Origin: an uncultured Thermoleophilia bacterium
GTDB taxonomy: Bacteria > Actinomycetota > Thermoleophilia > UBA2241
Direction of reading: 5' to 3'
Length of the DNA stretch: 64,000 nt
Assembly (NCBI GenBank): GCA_963715985.1
Contig: CAVQSP010000011.1
Coordinates: 320,001-384,000 of the forward strand
In this document: in pieces, positions 11,163-22,338 of the stretch
Layout: each line of letters begins with the position of its first letter
Position numbering within the stretch: the first letter of the stretch is position 1
Program-made: the position numbers and the translations under genes
Notes under the pieces: generated by a model
Seen by the model: only the letters and a program-made list of their open reading frames with translations
The model's database searches: none
Told to the model about the DNA's origin: nothing

Positions 11163-11222
11163 GAAGTGCGCGTATCATGCGGATGCAGCAGTGCACACGG
11201 CCGCACACGCAGGGGGCACCAG

Positions 11223-11930
11223 ATGATCGATCAGGGGGACCAGACGACCGCCCGCATCCTCGTCGTGGACGACGAGCAGAGCATCACCGACCTCGTCTCC
11301 ATGGCGCTCCGCTACGAGCACTTCGCCGTGCAGGTCGCGCACGGCGGCCGCGAGGCCCTGGACGCCGTCGAAGAGTTCTCGCCGGAACTGGTGGTGCTGG
11401 ACATCATGATGCCGGGCATCGACGGCTTCGAGGTGGCGCGGCGCCTGCGCAACAGCGCCGCGCACATCCCCGTCCTCTTCCTCACCGCGCGCGACGCCAC
11501 CGAGGACAAGGTGCGAGGGCTCACCCTGGGCGGCGACGACTACATGACCAAGCCGTTCAGCGTGGAGGAGCTCGTGGCGCGCATCCGCGCCATCCTTCGT
11601 CGCGTGCAGCCGTCCGAGGCGGCCAGGGGCAGCCTGGTGGTCGCCGACCTCGAGCTCGACGAGGACACCCACGAGGTGCGCCGCGCCGACCAGGACATCG
11701 AGCTCACCGCCACCGAGTTCAAGCTGCTGCGCTACCTCATGCTCAACGCCCGCCGCGTGCTCAGCAAGGATCAGATCCTCGACCACGTGTGGAACTACGA
11801 CTTCGGCGGCAACGCCAACATCGTGGAGACCTACGTGAGCTACCTGCGGCGCAAGATCGACAGCCTGGGACCGCCGCTGATCCACACGGTGCGCGGCGTC
11901 GGGTACACCGTGCGTGCGCCGCGGGAGTGA
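11223..11930 (+). CDS. OmpR-family response regulator (PhoP/MprA/TcrX-like)
   Basis: ILVVDDE, LDIMMPGIDG, FLTARD, DDYMTKPF, ELTATEFKLL, IHTVRGVGY. Confidence 0.95.
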   Translation: MIDQGDQTTARILVVDDEQSITDLVSMALRYEHFAVQVAHGGREALDAVEEFSPELVVLDIMMPGIDGFEVARRLRNSAAHIPVLFLTARDATEDKVRGLTLGGDDYMTKPFSVEELVARIRAILRRVQPSEAARGSLVVADLELDEDTHEVRRADQDIELTATEFKLLRYLMLNARRVLSKDQILDHVWNYDFGGNANIVETYVSYLRRKIDSLGPPLIHTVRGVGYTVRAPRE

Positions 11931-11981
11931 CGTGAGCCGGCGACGCACAGACGGCGCGAAGCGCCGCAGCGGAGCCGCATC

Positions 11982-13403
<1,422 letters not shown>

Positions 13404-13500
13404 CAGCACACGCGGCCGGCGCGGCCGGGCGCTTCGCCTGCGACGGACCCGCATCGGGTCGTCGCCCCAGGCGCGACCACGACGCCTGCTTCCAGAAGGG

Positions 13501-14637
13501 CTATCCGCCGACGGTGGCGCGCCGCAGAGCACGCGCAGCTTCGGTCGTCTTCGCCCCGAGCCCGGGAAACGCCCGCAGAACCATCTCCACCAGACGGTCG
13601 GGTGAACGTGTGAGCGCGTCCGTGGCGGGAATGCCGAGCTCGAACTCGTACAGGATGATCGCCGCGCTGACCTCGGCGTCGGTCATGTCCTCATGGTTGA
13701 TGGCGAGCCCGATCACCTTCGTGGCCGCGAAGGTCTGGATGAGGTGGATCTCGCTGGCCGGCGTCGGTGTCGGCATGTCGGGGAAGTCGCCCAGCATGCG
13801 ACGCGCCGGCGCGTGCTGCAGGATGACGGCGTCCGGCCGACTGCCTCGCAGGATGAAGCTCGAGGTGAGGTAGGCGGGGTGACTCAGGGCACCTTGCCCC
13901 TCGATGATGATCACATCGGGGTGCTCGGCCTCGAAAGCCTCCACGACCGCGCCTTCCATCTCGCCCGAGCAGAACTGGCACGGGATGGCGTCGAGCGCCA
14001 CGCCGTAGCGAGCGCCCTGGATGAGCCCGGTCTGCCCTGTGCCGACCATGACCGCCTTGATATCGCGCTCGCCCAGGGCCTGCGTGAGCACCGTGGCCGT
14101 GGTGCGCTTGCCGATGGCGCCGTCGGTGCCGAGCACGGCGATGCGGGGGCAGGTGACCGTGGCGATGCTGCCCGTGAACATGCGCAGGTCCTTCTTCTCG
14201 CGGGGGCGGCGCACGTCCAGGATCCTGACGCCGTGCGCCGTCTTGGCGGCCGCGAACTCGGGGTCGTCGTTCAGAAACTCGTGCAGGCCGTTGACGATGT
14301 GCATCCCCCGTGCCATCGCGTCGAGCACGACGCCGCGTTCGAGCGGGGAGAGCATCCCGCTGAGCGGCGCCATCCCGAGGATGAAGAAGCCGGGCACGCG
14401 GCCGGCACGAGCGATCGCGTCCGCCAGATCGGCGCAGACGGGGATCCCGTTCGGCCTGTCATCGAGGACCGCGCCGGCGTCGAGCCCCGCCTTCTCACTG
14501 TCGATCACCGCGAGGATCGCGTACTTCTCGGAATGGCGCACGAGACCATTGGCGGTCTTGCCGTCCATGGCGCCGAAGTTCGCTTCGCAATAGACGACCG
14601 CGGTACTCGCGAGCCGGCTGGTCGAGGCTGGGGGCAT
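13501..14637 (-). CDS. DUF1611 domain-containing protein
   Basis: DGKTANGLVRHS, IVNGLHEFL, VLGTDGAIGKRTT, GTGQTG, IIEGQGALSHPAY. Confidence 0.88.
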   Translation of the reverse strand: MPPASTSRLASTAVVYCEANFGAMDGKTANGLVRHSEKYAILAVIDSEKAGLDAGAVLDDRPNGIPVCADLADAIARAGRVPGFFILGMAPLSGMLSPLERGVVLDAMARGMHIVNGLHEFLNDDPEFAAAKTAHGVRILDVRRPREKKDLRMFTGSIATVTCPRIAVLGTDGAIGKRTTATVLTQALGERDIKAVMVGTGQTGLIQGARYGVALDAIPCQFCSGEMEGAVVEAFEAEHPDVIIIEGQGALSHPAYLTSSFILRGSRPDAVILQHAPARRMLGDFPDMPTPTPASEIHLIQTFAATKVIGLAINHEDMTDAEVSAAIILYEFELGIPATDALTRSPDRLVEMVLRAFPGLGAKTTEAARALRRATVGG

Positions 14638-14683
14638 GACACTCCTTTGGACGGGGCCGGATGAGGAAGGGGGCCCGCTCAAC

Positions 14684-15427
14684 TCATGATGCCGGCTCCG
14701 CCGGTCGGGGCCTCCGGCCGCCGTCGAAGGACGGCGTGACGTGCAGGAGGTCGGAGACGTCGAGACCCTCGATGAAGGTCAGTCCGCCGCGGCGCTGGAA
14801 CAGGCGCGCCCGGCCGGTGACCACGGCCCTCTCGCCGCTCACTCGCAGCCACGAGCCCTCGTACAGGGCCAGCACCGGGCAGTCGTTCTCCTCCAGGAAC
14901 TCCGTGATGCGCTCTGCCCTGGTCTCGCCCATGAACGTGGAGGCCGGATCGGCATCGACGTAGTGGAGATTGATCTGGAACGGCACCAGACCGAGGGCCG
15001 CGAAGCTCGGCGGCCGGCAGATCGGCATGTCGTTGGTGGTGCGGATCGTGGGGCAGGCGACGTTCGTGCCGGCGGAGGCGCCCACGTAGCGGGTGGCGCC
15101 CGCGCGCACGCGGCGGCCCAACTCCTCGACCACGCCGAGAGCGTAGAGGGAGTCGAGCAGCCGAAACGTGTTCCCGCCCCCCATCATCACGACGTCCGCG
15201 GAGAGGATCGCCCGATCGGGTGCGGTGGAGCGGTGCGCCGAGACGACGTCGATGTCGAAGGCGCCGAGGGCAGCCGTGGCTCTGTCGGCGTAGTCGTCCC
15301 AGTCCGCCAGCGCGTACGGGACGAACGTCACCGCGGCGCCCGCCGACACGCCGGCGAAGGCCTCTGCCGCATGCGAGAACATGCTGCCGCCGTAGTTGGT
15401 GGAGTTCGAGAGCAGGAGGAGCTCCAT
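14684..15427 (-). CDS. pepE: Dipeptidase E (peptidase S51)
   Basis: LLLLSNS, FVPYA, GGGNTFRL, GASAGTNVA, IRTTNDMP, VPFQINLHY, GETRAERITEF. Confidence 0.9.
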   Translation of the reverse strand: MELLLLSNSTNYGGSMFSHAAEAFAGVSAGAAVTFVPYALADWDDYADRATAALGAFDIDVVSAHRSTAPDRAILSADVVMMGGGNTFRLLDSLYALGVVEELGRRVRAGATRYVGASAGTNVACPTIRTTNDMPICRPPSFAALGLVPFQINLHYVDADPASTFMGETRAERITEFLEENDCPVLALYEGSWLRVSGERAVVTGRARLFQRRGGLTFIEGLDVSDLLHVTPSFDGGRRPRPAEPAS

Positions 15428-15617
15428 GCTCGCCATTCTGGTCGGCCGGCCCGTGAGGCGATCATGAGCAAGCAGTTGCTGAGCCCGCGGGCCGACCGTC
15501 TGGTCCGCGGCGAGGGGATGACGCGTCGGAGAGAAGCGACACGTGAGACATCCAGAGTGGCAGGTCGGTGGCTTCGGGTCAACGTTGCGGACGACAACGG
15601 TGTAGCCCCGGCCCGGC

Positions 15618-15660
15618 TTGAGCAACGTCAAGACTGGCCGCCGTGGAGCGGTGGTACGAT
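15618..15660 (+). promoter_or_regulatory. FNR/CRP-family box plus extended -10 upstream of the DUF438 gene
   Basis: TTGA-gcaacg-TCAA at 15618-15631; TGgTACGAT ending at 15660; box centre ~42 bp upstream of the predicted TSS. Confidence 0.6.
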
Positions 15661-15695
15661 GCGCTCAGCGATAATCCCAACCAATGGAGTCGGGT

Positions 15696-17228
15696 ATGAC
15701 CACCGCGCCGGAACCTCTCACCCTCACCCCCAAGACCACCATCCACACGCTGCTCAAGCAGTATCCCTTCCTCCTGGACTTCCTCGCGGAGTACCACCCG
15801 GAGTTCAAGAAGCTGACCAACCCGGTGCTGCGCCGAACGGTGGGCCGCATGGCGACGCTCGACGCGGTGGCGGAGCAGGGCAACGTGCCGCTCAACCGGC
15901 TCATCGACGACATCGCGGGGGAGATCGAGAAGCAGACCGGCGTGCGGCCGCCGGTGGCCGACGTGGCCGACGCCAGGACGATCGACCCGGCACGGCTGGA
16001 GGCGCTGCACCAGATCGTCATGGACCTGCATGCCGGCAAGACCGTGGACGAGGTCAAGCCCGCCTTCGAGGAGCTCATCGCCGACGTGGAAGCCACCGAG
16101 ATCGCCGCCATGGAGCAGGCGCTCATCGAGGGCGGCGTGCCCGACAGCGAGGTCAAGCGCCTCTGCGACGTGCACGTGCAGGTGTTCGCGGACGCGCTCG
16201 AGGGCCACGAGCCGGTGCACGCCCCGGCCGGCCACCCCATGGACACCTTCCAGCGCGAGAACCAGGCGCTCATGCAGGTCACGGCCTCGCTGCGCAAGGT
16301 GGCCGAGGCGGTGGGCGAGCCCCCGGACGGAGCCGTCTGGGCGCGCCTCAAGGACGCCCTCGCCGGCACCGTGGAACGGCTCGCCGAGGTAGACAAGCAC
16401 TACCTGCGCAAGGAGAACCAGCTCTTCCCCTTCCTCGAGGAGCACGGCGTGGAGGGCCCGAGCAAGGTGATGTGGGCGATCCACGACGATATCCGCGCCC
16501 TCATCAAGCAGGCCCGGGCCACCATCGCCGCCGACGACGCGGCGCTCGCCGTGAGCACCTGCCTCGCGCTCGCCAAGATGGCCGACGACATGGTGAGCAA
16601 GGAGGAGAAGGTCCTCCACCCCATGGCGATGGACACGCTCAGCCCGGGAGAGTGGGCCGCCATCCGCGCCGGCGAGGCGGAGATCGGCTATGCCTTCATC
16701 GCCGAGGTGCCGGACTGGCCGGCGCTGGGCGGCGCAACAGATACCGGTGCGGCGGCGGGCGCGGCGCAGGCCGGCGCCGCAGGCGCCCCGGCCGGAGCGG
16801 CTGCGCCCGCCGGCCTCACGCCCGCCGGCCTCCTCGACGTGAAGACGGGCCAGCTCAGCCTCGAGCAACTGAACATGATCCTCACCGCCCTCCCCATCGA
16901 CTTCCAGTACGTCGACGAGCACGACCGCGTGCGCTACTACAGCGAGGGCGAGCGGATCTTCCCGCGCAGCCCCGGCGTGATCGGGCGCAAGGTGCAGAAC
17001 TGCCACCCGCCGGCCAGCGTCCACAAGGTGCAGCAGATCCTCGACGCCTTCCGCGCCGGCGAGAAGGACACCGCCGAGTTCTGGATCGAGATGCAGGGCA
17101 AGTTCCTGCACATCCGCTACTTCGCCATCCACGACGCGGGCGGCGCCTACCGCGGCGTCCTCGAGACCGTGCAGGACGGCACGGCGATCCGGGCGCTCCA
17201 GGGCCAGCGCCGCCTGCTCGACTGGTGA
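15696..17228 (+). CDS. DUF438 family protein (DUF1858 + DUF438 + hemerythrin-like + PAS_10)
   Basis: EIAAMEQALI...RLCDVH, GHPMDTFQREN, HYLRKENQLFP, VMWAIHDDIR, KEEKVL, PAS RIFPRSPGVIGRKVQNCHPP. Confidence 0.9.
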   Translation: MTTAPEPLTLTPKTTIHTLLKQYPFLLDFLAEYHPEFKKLTNPVLRRTVGRMATLDAVAEQGNVPLNRLIDDIAGEIEKQTGVRPPVADVADARTIDPARLEALHQIVMDLHAGKTVDEVKPAFEELIADVEATEIAAMEQALIEGGVPDSEVKRLCDVHVQVFADALEGHEPVHAPAGHPMDTFQRENQALMQVTASLRKVAEAVGEPPDGAVWARLKDALAGTVERLAEVDKHYLRKENQLFPFLEEHGVEGPSKVMWAIHDDIRALIKQARATIAADDAALAVSTCLALAKMADDMVSKEEKVLHPMAMDTLSPGEWAAIRAGEAEIGYAFIAEVPDWPALGGATDTGAAAGAAQAGAAGAPAGAAAPAGLTPAGLLDVKTGQLSLEQLNMILTALPIDFQYVDEHDRVRYYSEGERIFPRSPGVIGRKVQNCHPPASVHKVQQILDAFRAGEKDTAEFWIEMQGKFLHIRYFAIHDAGGAYRGVLETVQDGTAIRALQGQRRLLDW

Positions 17229-17359
17229 CTCCGCGCGGCGGGCGGGGCGACGGCCGCCGCCCCGCCCGCCGCGCGCCCGCAGCTGGTCCGCGTGGGCACG
17301 TGCCCGTGGTGAGATAGCATGGTCCGCGGCACGGCCCCATCGACGAGAGGCGGCACCAC

Positions 17360-17752
17360 ATGTACTTCCAGCGCGGCACGCTGACGCCCGAACAGATGCG
17401 GCTGGTCCTGCGCGACCTGCCCGTCGACATCAGCTTCGCCGACGAGAACGACGTGCTCGTCTACTGGAGCGGCCAGACCTACAAGACCTGCGACCCCCGA
17501 TACATCGGCCGCGACATGCGCGACTGCCACCCGGAGGACTCCCTGGGAGTGTTGGAGGAGATCCTGCGCGAGTTCAAGGCGGGTACGAAGGACGTGGCCG
17601 AGAAGTGGGGGCAGGACGGCAAGCGCTTCAAGCACACACGCTACCGTGCGATCCGTGACGACGCCGGTGCCTACAAGGGCATCCTCGAGGTCAACCAGGA
17701 GGTCTCGGCCCTGCAGGCGCTGACCGGCGAGCAGGGCCTCCCGGGTTGGTGA
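17360..17752 (+). CDS. Stand-alone PAS_10 domain protein
   Basis: LPVDISFADEND...IGRDMRDCHP...YKGILEVNQ; parallels the C-terminal PAS domain of the upstream gene. Confidence 0.85.
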   Translation: MYFQRGTLTPEQMRLVLRDLPVDISFADENDVLVYWSGQTYKTCDPRYIGRDMRDCHPEDSLGVLEEILREFKAGTKDVAEKWGQDGKRFKHTRYRAIRDDAGAYKGILEVNQEVSALQALTGEQGLPGW

Positions 17753-18042
17753 GCCTCGTGTACGCCGCACCCGTCACGCTCATCGCCGCGACCTTCGCGA
17801 GCTGGACGCTGGTCCTGCTGATCGTGGCCGGGGTGCTCGGAGTCGCCCTGGGGCACACCCTGCGCACGTGGCGCTACAAGAAGCTGCAGCAGAAGAAGGC
17901 GGCGGCTGCCGCGGCGAAGAAGCCGAGCGGTGCGCAGGCGGCGCCCAAGAGGACGGGCGGCTCGAAGAGCGCGTCCGCGAGGACCGCGTCGAAGAAGTCG
18001 CGGCCGCGCACGCCGCCGCCCGGCAAGACGAAGAAGAGCTAG
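17749..18042 (+). CDS. Small membrane protein with Lys/Ala-rich tail
   Basis: GTGA overlap with the PAS gene; hydrophobic N-terminus then KKLQQKKAAAAAAKKP... Confidence 0.55.
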   Translation: MSLVYAAPVTLIAATFASWTLVLLIVAGVLGVALGHTLRTWRYKKLQQKKAAAAAAKKPSGAQAAPKRTGGSKSASARTASKKSRPRTPPPGKTKKS

Positions 18043-18057
18043 CCGCGGGCCGCGCCG

Positions 18058-19761
18058 CTACTGCCGCGCGAAGCGCCCGTCGCGGCCCTGGAAGCCCAGC
18101 ACCATGAGCCGGACGCTCACCGCGCGGCCGTCACGCACGGCGAAGACGGCGGCGGTGTTGGTCTCCGGCTCACGCCAGGTGTCCCCGTCCCACGGCACGT
18201 AGCGCAGCTCGGCGCCGCGCCCGAGCTTGACCGTCAGCGCGGTCCCGCTGGCCGGCATCACGGTGACGCGCCCGTAGTAGTCGTTGGCGTAGGTGCCCGC
18301 GTAGACCGCCTCCGCACGCGGCGGAGCCGCCCCGGCCGGCGGCGTCTCGGGGAGGTGCCGGTACGGGTCGAGGATCGACCCCTTCATCGCCGCCTTGATC
18401 GCCGCCTGCTGCTGCGCCAGCCAGTCCTGCTGCGGCACGCCCTCCATGTACAGGTCGTAGAGCGTGCGGCTCAACGCCGCCGCCAGTGCGTGCCCCTCGG
18501 GGAAGGCGTTCGTCAGCACGACGATGCCGACGCCGTCCGCAGGCACCATGCTGATGAGCGTGCTCGCACCGGCGCTGAAGTCGCCGCCGTGGTGCACCAC
18601 CAGGCGCCCCAGGTAGCTCGAGGTCTCCCAGCCGAGCGCATAGGCGGTGGGGCCGGCGTCGTCCTGGCCGCTGCTCGTGGTGGCGGTGTGGGTCGCGGCC
18701 AGCGCCTCCGTGCCGGCCACGCGCACGCCTGCCAGGGCCCCGCCGTTCAGCTGCATGCGCAGGTACGGCACCATGTCGGCGATGGTCGAGCTCACGCCGC
18801 CCGCCGCCGCGAACAGGTCGTCGTCCTCTGACGTGCCCGCCTGCATGACGCCGTCCACCAGCGTGTGTGAGGCGGAGCGGTCGGGAGCGTCGAGGTAGGC
18901 CCGGTAGCTGAGGACGGTGGAGTCCATACCCAGCGGCTCGACCACGCGCGCGCTCACGAGCTTCTCCCATGACTCGCCGGTGGCCCTGGAGGCGGTGACC
19001 GCGGCGGCCGTGACCAGCGCGTTCTGGTAGGCGTACGCGGCGCGGAAGCCGGCGGCCGGCTGGAGATAGCGGAGCCGGTGCAGGATCTCCATGCGGCCGT
19101 ACCCGAACTGCTCGAGCTCATCGCCGGCGTAGGCCGGCAGCCCGCTGCGCTGCGCCATGAGGTCGCGGACGGTGACGTGAGCACTCACCCAGGGGTCCCA
19201 GAGCGCGAAGTCCGGCCAGTACGTGTGTACCGGGTCGTCCCAGCCCAGCTCGCGATCCGTGACCAGCGCGGCGAGCATGGTCGCCGTGAAGCTCTTGGAG
19301 ATGGAGGCGAGCTGGAAGACGGTGTCCTTGTCCACCTTCTCCGGCGCGCCGGCCTCGCGCACGCCGAAGCAGTTCACGTACACGGCCTGGTCGCCCGCGA
19401 CCACGGCCACGGCGGCGCCGGGTACCTCGCTGCGCGCGAAGATGTCCTGGGCCTCCACGCCGAACTGCGGCAGGATCGCCTGGACGGCCTCGGCGGCGGC
19501 CGCGCGGCGCGCGGCGGCCGCCTCTTCGGCCGAAGGCGTCGCAGCCGGTGTGGGCACGGCCGCGGTCGGCGAGGCCGACGGGCTCGGCGAGGCCGTGACG
19601 GCCGCCGACGGCGACGGTGAGGAGAGGAGGGTGGAGGTCGCGGAGGGAGGCGCACTGGGCGTCGCCGACGACGTCGGCGTCACCTTGACACCGCAGGCGG
19701 CCGCGGCGGCGACGATGGCGGCCGCCACGACCGCCGCCACGATCACGGCGCGGATCTTCAT
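18058..19761 (-). CDS. Serine hydrolase lipoprotein (beta-lactamase class C / S12-like, C-terminal DUF3471-like)
   Basis: Signal peptide with AAAAC lipobox, S/P/T linker, FQLASISK (SxxK), YQN, HHGG. Confidence 0.88.
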   Translation of the reverse strand: MKIRAVIVAAVVAAAIVAAAAACGVKVTPTSSATPSAPPSATSTLLSSPSPSAAVTASPSPSASPTAAVPTPAATPSAEEAAAARRAAAAEAVQAILPQFGVEAQDIFARSEVPGAAVAVVAGDQAVYVNCFGVREAGAPEKVDKDTVFQLASISKSFTATMLAALVTDRELGWDDPVHTYWPDFALWDPWVSAHVTVRDLMAQRSGLPAYAGDELEQFGYGRMEILHRLRYLQPAAGFRAAYAYQNALVTAAAVTASRATGESWEKLVSARVVEPLGMDSTVLSYRAYLDAPDRSASHTLVDGVMQAGTSEDDDLFAAAGGVSSTIADMVPYLRMQLNGGALAGVRVAGTEALAATHTATTSSGQDDAGPTAYALGWETSSYLGRLVVHHGGDFSAGASTLISMVPADGVGIVVLTNAFPEGHALAAALSRTLYDLYMEGVPQQDWLAQQQAAIKAAMKGSILDPYRHLPETPPAGAAPPRAEAVYAGTYANDYYGRVTVMPASGTALTVKLGRGAELRYVPWDGDTWREPETNTAAVFAVRDGRAVSVRLMVLGFQGRDGRFARQ

Positions 19762-19865
19762 AGACGGGCCTCCATGACCTTTCCTTTTCGCCGCCGGAGC
19801 GCCCTTCCCCCCGTCACCGCGGACAGGCGGGTGTAGACTGCGCGGAGTCTCGGAGAGGGGGCAGA

Positions 19866-21464
19866 ATGGCTGTGACGGAGAGGCAGGCCGACGCGCCGGT
19901 GGCCACGCGCCAGTGGTCACCGCGGGTGAGCTCGGCCATGCTGGCGCGCCTCGCGGCGCGCGCCGCCGTGAGCGACGCGAGCGCGAGCATCGAGGTGGAG
20001 GCACCCTTCACCGGCGAGACGCTCGGCTGCATGCCGGAGGGCACGCCGGCAGACGTGGCCGCAGCCTGTGAAGCCGCCCGCGACGTGCAAAGGGACTGGG
20101 CAGCCCGCCCCTTTGCCGCGCGGGCCGCGGTGCTGCTGCGCTTCCACGATCTCCTGCTGGACAACGCCGCCGAGATCCTCGACATCATCCAATTGGAGTC
20201 GGGCAAGGCGCGGCGTCATGCCTTCGAAGAGGTCCTCGACGTCGCCGTCCAGGCACGCTTCTACGCCCACACCGCCGCCGGCTTTCTGCGGCCACGGCGG
20301 CGGCAAGGCGCGCTGCCGGTCCTCACCAAGGCGTGGGAGCATCACCACCCTCGCGGCGTCATCGGCTTCGTGGCGCCCTGGAACTACCCGCTGACGATGG
20401 CCGTCTCCGACGCCCTTGCCGCCCTGATGGCCGGCAACGGCGCGGTCATCAAGCCGGACACACAGACCCCCTACTCCTGCCTCTGGGCCGCCGGCCTCCT
20501 CGAGGAGGCCGGGCTGCCGCGGGGGCTTGTGCGTGTGGTCACCGGCCGCGGCGCACGCCTCGGCGAAGCGCTCATCTCTGCCGCCGACTACCTCATGTTC
20601 ACCGGCTCCACTGCGACCGGCCGCACCGTGGCCGGACACTCGGCAGCGCAGCTCAAGGACTGCTCCATGGAGCTCGGCGGCAAGAACCCGATGCTCGTAC
20701 TCCCGGACGCCGATCTGCGCAGAGCCGTCGCGGGTGCGGTACGCGGCATCACCTCGAGCAGCGGCCAGCTCTGCATCAGTATCGAGCGACTGTACGTCCA
20801 CGCCGCCGTGTACGACGCGTTCACGGCGCGACTCGCGGATGCGCTCCGGTCCGTCAGGCTCGGGGCGAGCCTGACCTTCCGTGACGACATGGGGTCGCTG
20901 GTCAGCGCCGCGCAGCTCGCCAAGGTGGCCGGCCACGTCGACGACGCGCAGGGCAAAGGCGCGGAGGTCCTGGCGGGCGGGAGACTGCGTCCCGACCTGG
21001 GTCCGTACTTCTTCGAGCCCACGCTGCTCGGCGGTGTCGGCGAGGAGATGGAGGTGTGCCGCAGCGAGACCTTCGGTCCGGTAGCCGCCGTGTACCACTG
21101 TTCGTCCCTCGACGACATGGTGCGGCGCGCCAATGACTCCGAGTACGGCCTCAACGCGAGCGTGTGGACACGTGACACGCGGCGCGGGCGCAGGGTGGCG
21201 ACCCGCTTGCAGGCAGGCACCGCCAACGTCAACGAGGCCTACTCGGCCACGTGGGCCTCAGCCGGACCGATGGGCGGGTTCAAGCAGTCCGGCATGGGCC
21301 GCAGGCACGGACGCCAGGGCATCGTGAAGTACACGGAGGCGCAGACGGTGGCCGTGGAGCGGCTGCTGGCCATCGACACGCCCCCGTTCCTCACGCACGC
21401 CCAGTACGCGGCCCTCATGGGGCCGGCGGTCAAGCTGATGCGCCGCATTCCCGGCATCAAGTGA
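19866..21464 (+). CDS. NAD(P)-dependent aldehyde dehydrogenase, succinate-semialdehyde dehydrogenase GabD2-like
   Basis: PWNYP, FTGSTATG, MELGGKNP, GQLCIS, ETFGP, YGLNAS. Confidence 0.9.
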   Translation: MAVTERQADAPVATRQWSPRVSSAMLARLAARAAVSDASASIEVEAPFTGETLGCMPEGTPADVAAACEAARDVQRDWAARPFAARAAVLLRFHDLLLDNAAEILDIIQLESGKARRHAFEEVLDVAVQARFYAHTAAGFLRPRRRQGALPVLTKAWEHHHPRGVIGFVAPWNYPLTMAVSDALAALMAGNGAVIKPDTQTPYSCLWAAGLLEEAGLPRGLVRVVTGRGARLGEALISAADYLMFTGSTATGRTVAGHSAAQLKDCSMELGGKNPMLVLPDADLRRAVAGAVRGITSSSGQLCISIERLYVHAAVYDAFTARLADALRSVRLGASLTFRDDMGSLVSAAQLAKVAGHVDDAQGKGAEVLAGGRLRPDLGPYFFEPTLLGGVGEEMEVCRSETFGPVAAVYHCSSLDDMVRRANDSEYGLNASVWTRDTRRGRRVATRLQAGTANVNEAYSATWASAGPMGGFKQSGMGRRHGRQGIVKYTEAQTVAVERLLAIDTPPFLTHAQYAALMGPAVKLMRRIPGIK

Positions 21465-21480
21465 CGGTGGAAGGGACGCC

Positions 21481-22308
21481 ATGACGACGATCGGCAACAA
21501 ACACGTCCTCATCACCGGCGGCGCCTCGGGTCTGGGGCGCCGCCTGGCCGGCCGTTGCGCCGGGTCCGGAGCGACCGTGAGCATCTGGGACCTGGACGCG
21601 GCCGGCGCCGCGGACGCCGCCGCGGAGGCGGCGGAGCTCGGCCCCGGCCACGTGCGCGCCTACGCCTGCGACGTCGGAGACGCCGAGCAGGTGGCGGCGC
21701 GCGCCCTGGAGACGGTGGCCGAACAGGGCGAGGTGGACATCCTTGTCAACAACGCGGGCGTGGTGAGCGGACGCCCGCTGATGGAGTTGAGCCCGGAACA
21801 CATCGAGCGCACCCTCAGGGTCAACACGCTCGCGCTCTTCTGGACCACGCGGGCGTTCCTGCCGGCCATGACGGCCCGCGGCAGCGGCCACGTGGTCACC
21901 GTGGCTTCAGCCGCCGGCCTCATCGGCACGCCGCGCCAGACCGACTACGCGGCCAGCAAACACGCGGCGGTGGGCTTCAACGAGGCGCTGAGATTCGAGC
22001 TCAAGCGCAGCGCCCCCGGCGTCAAGACCACCGTGATCTGCCCCTTCTACATCGACACGGGCATGTTCCACGGCGTCAAGTCGCGCTTCCCGCTGCTGCT
22101 CCCGATCCTCAAGGAGGCGGACGTGGTGGAGCGCATCGTGCGAGCCATCCAACACGACACCCCGCAGGTGCTCCTGCCGTGGATGGTCAACACGCTGCCG
22201 GCGATGCGCCTGCTGCCGGTGTGGGCGTTCGACCGCGCCGCCGACTTCTTCGGCCTCACGGTGGCCATGGACGAGTTCACGGGCAGGGCGGCGGCGGAGA
22301 AGACGTGA
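21481..22308 (+). CDS. SDR oxidoreductase (retinol dehydrogenase-like)
   Basis: TGGASGLG, ILVNNAGVVSG, YAASK, CPFYIDTGMFHGV. Confidence 0.9.
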   Translation: MTTIGNKHVLITGGASGLGRRLAGRCAGSGATVSIWDLDAAGAADAAAEAAELGPGHVRAYACDVGDAEQVAARALETVAEQGEVDILVNNAGVVSGRPLMELSPEHIERTLRVNTLALFWTTRAFLPAMTARGSGHVVTVASAAGLIGTPRQTDYAASKHAAVGFNEALRFELKRSAPGVKTTVICPFYIDTGMFHGVKSRFPLLLPILKEADVVERIVRAIQHDTPQVLLPWMVNTLPAMRLLPVWAFDRAADFFGLTVAMDEFTGRAAAEKT

Positions 22309-22338
22309 GGCGCGCGACGCCGGGCGCCGCGCCGGGTC

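Noticed and set aside
9822-11930. 702-aa response regulator
   Set aside because: The upstream part is the antisense shadow of the ABC1 kinase; the real start is 11223.
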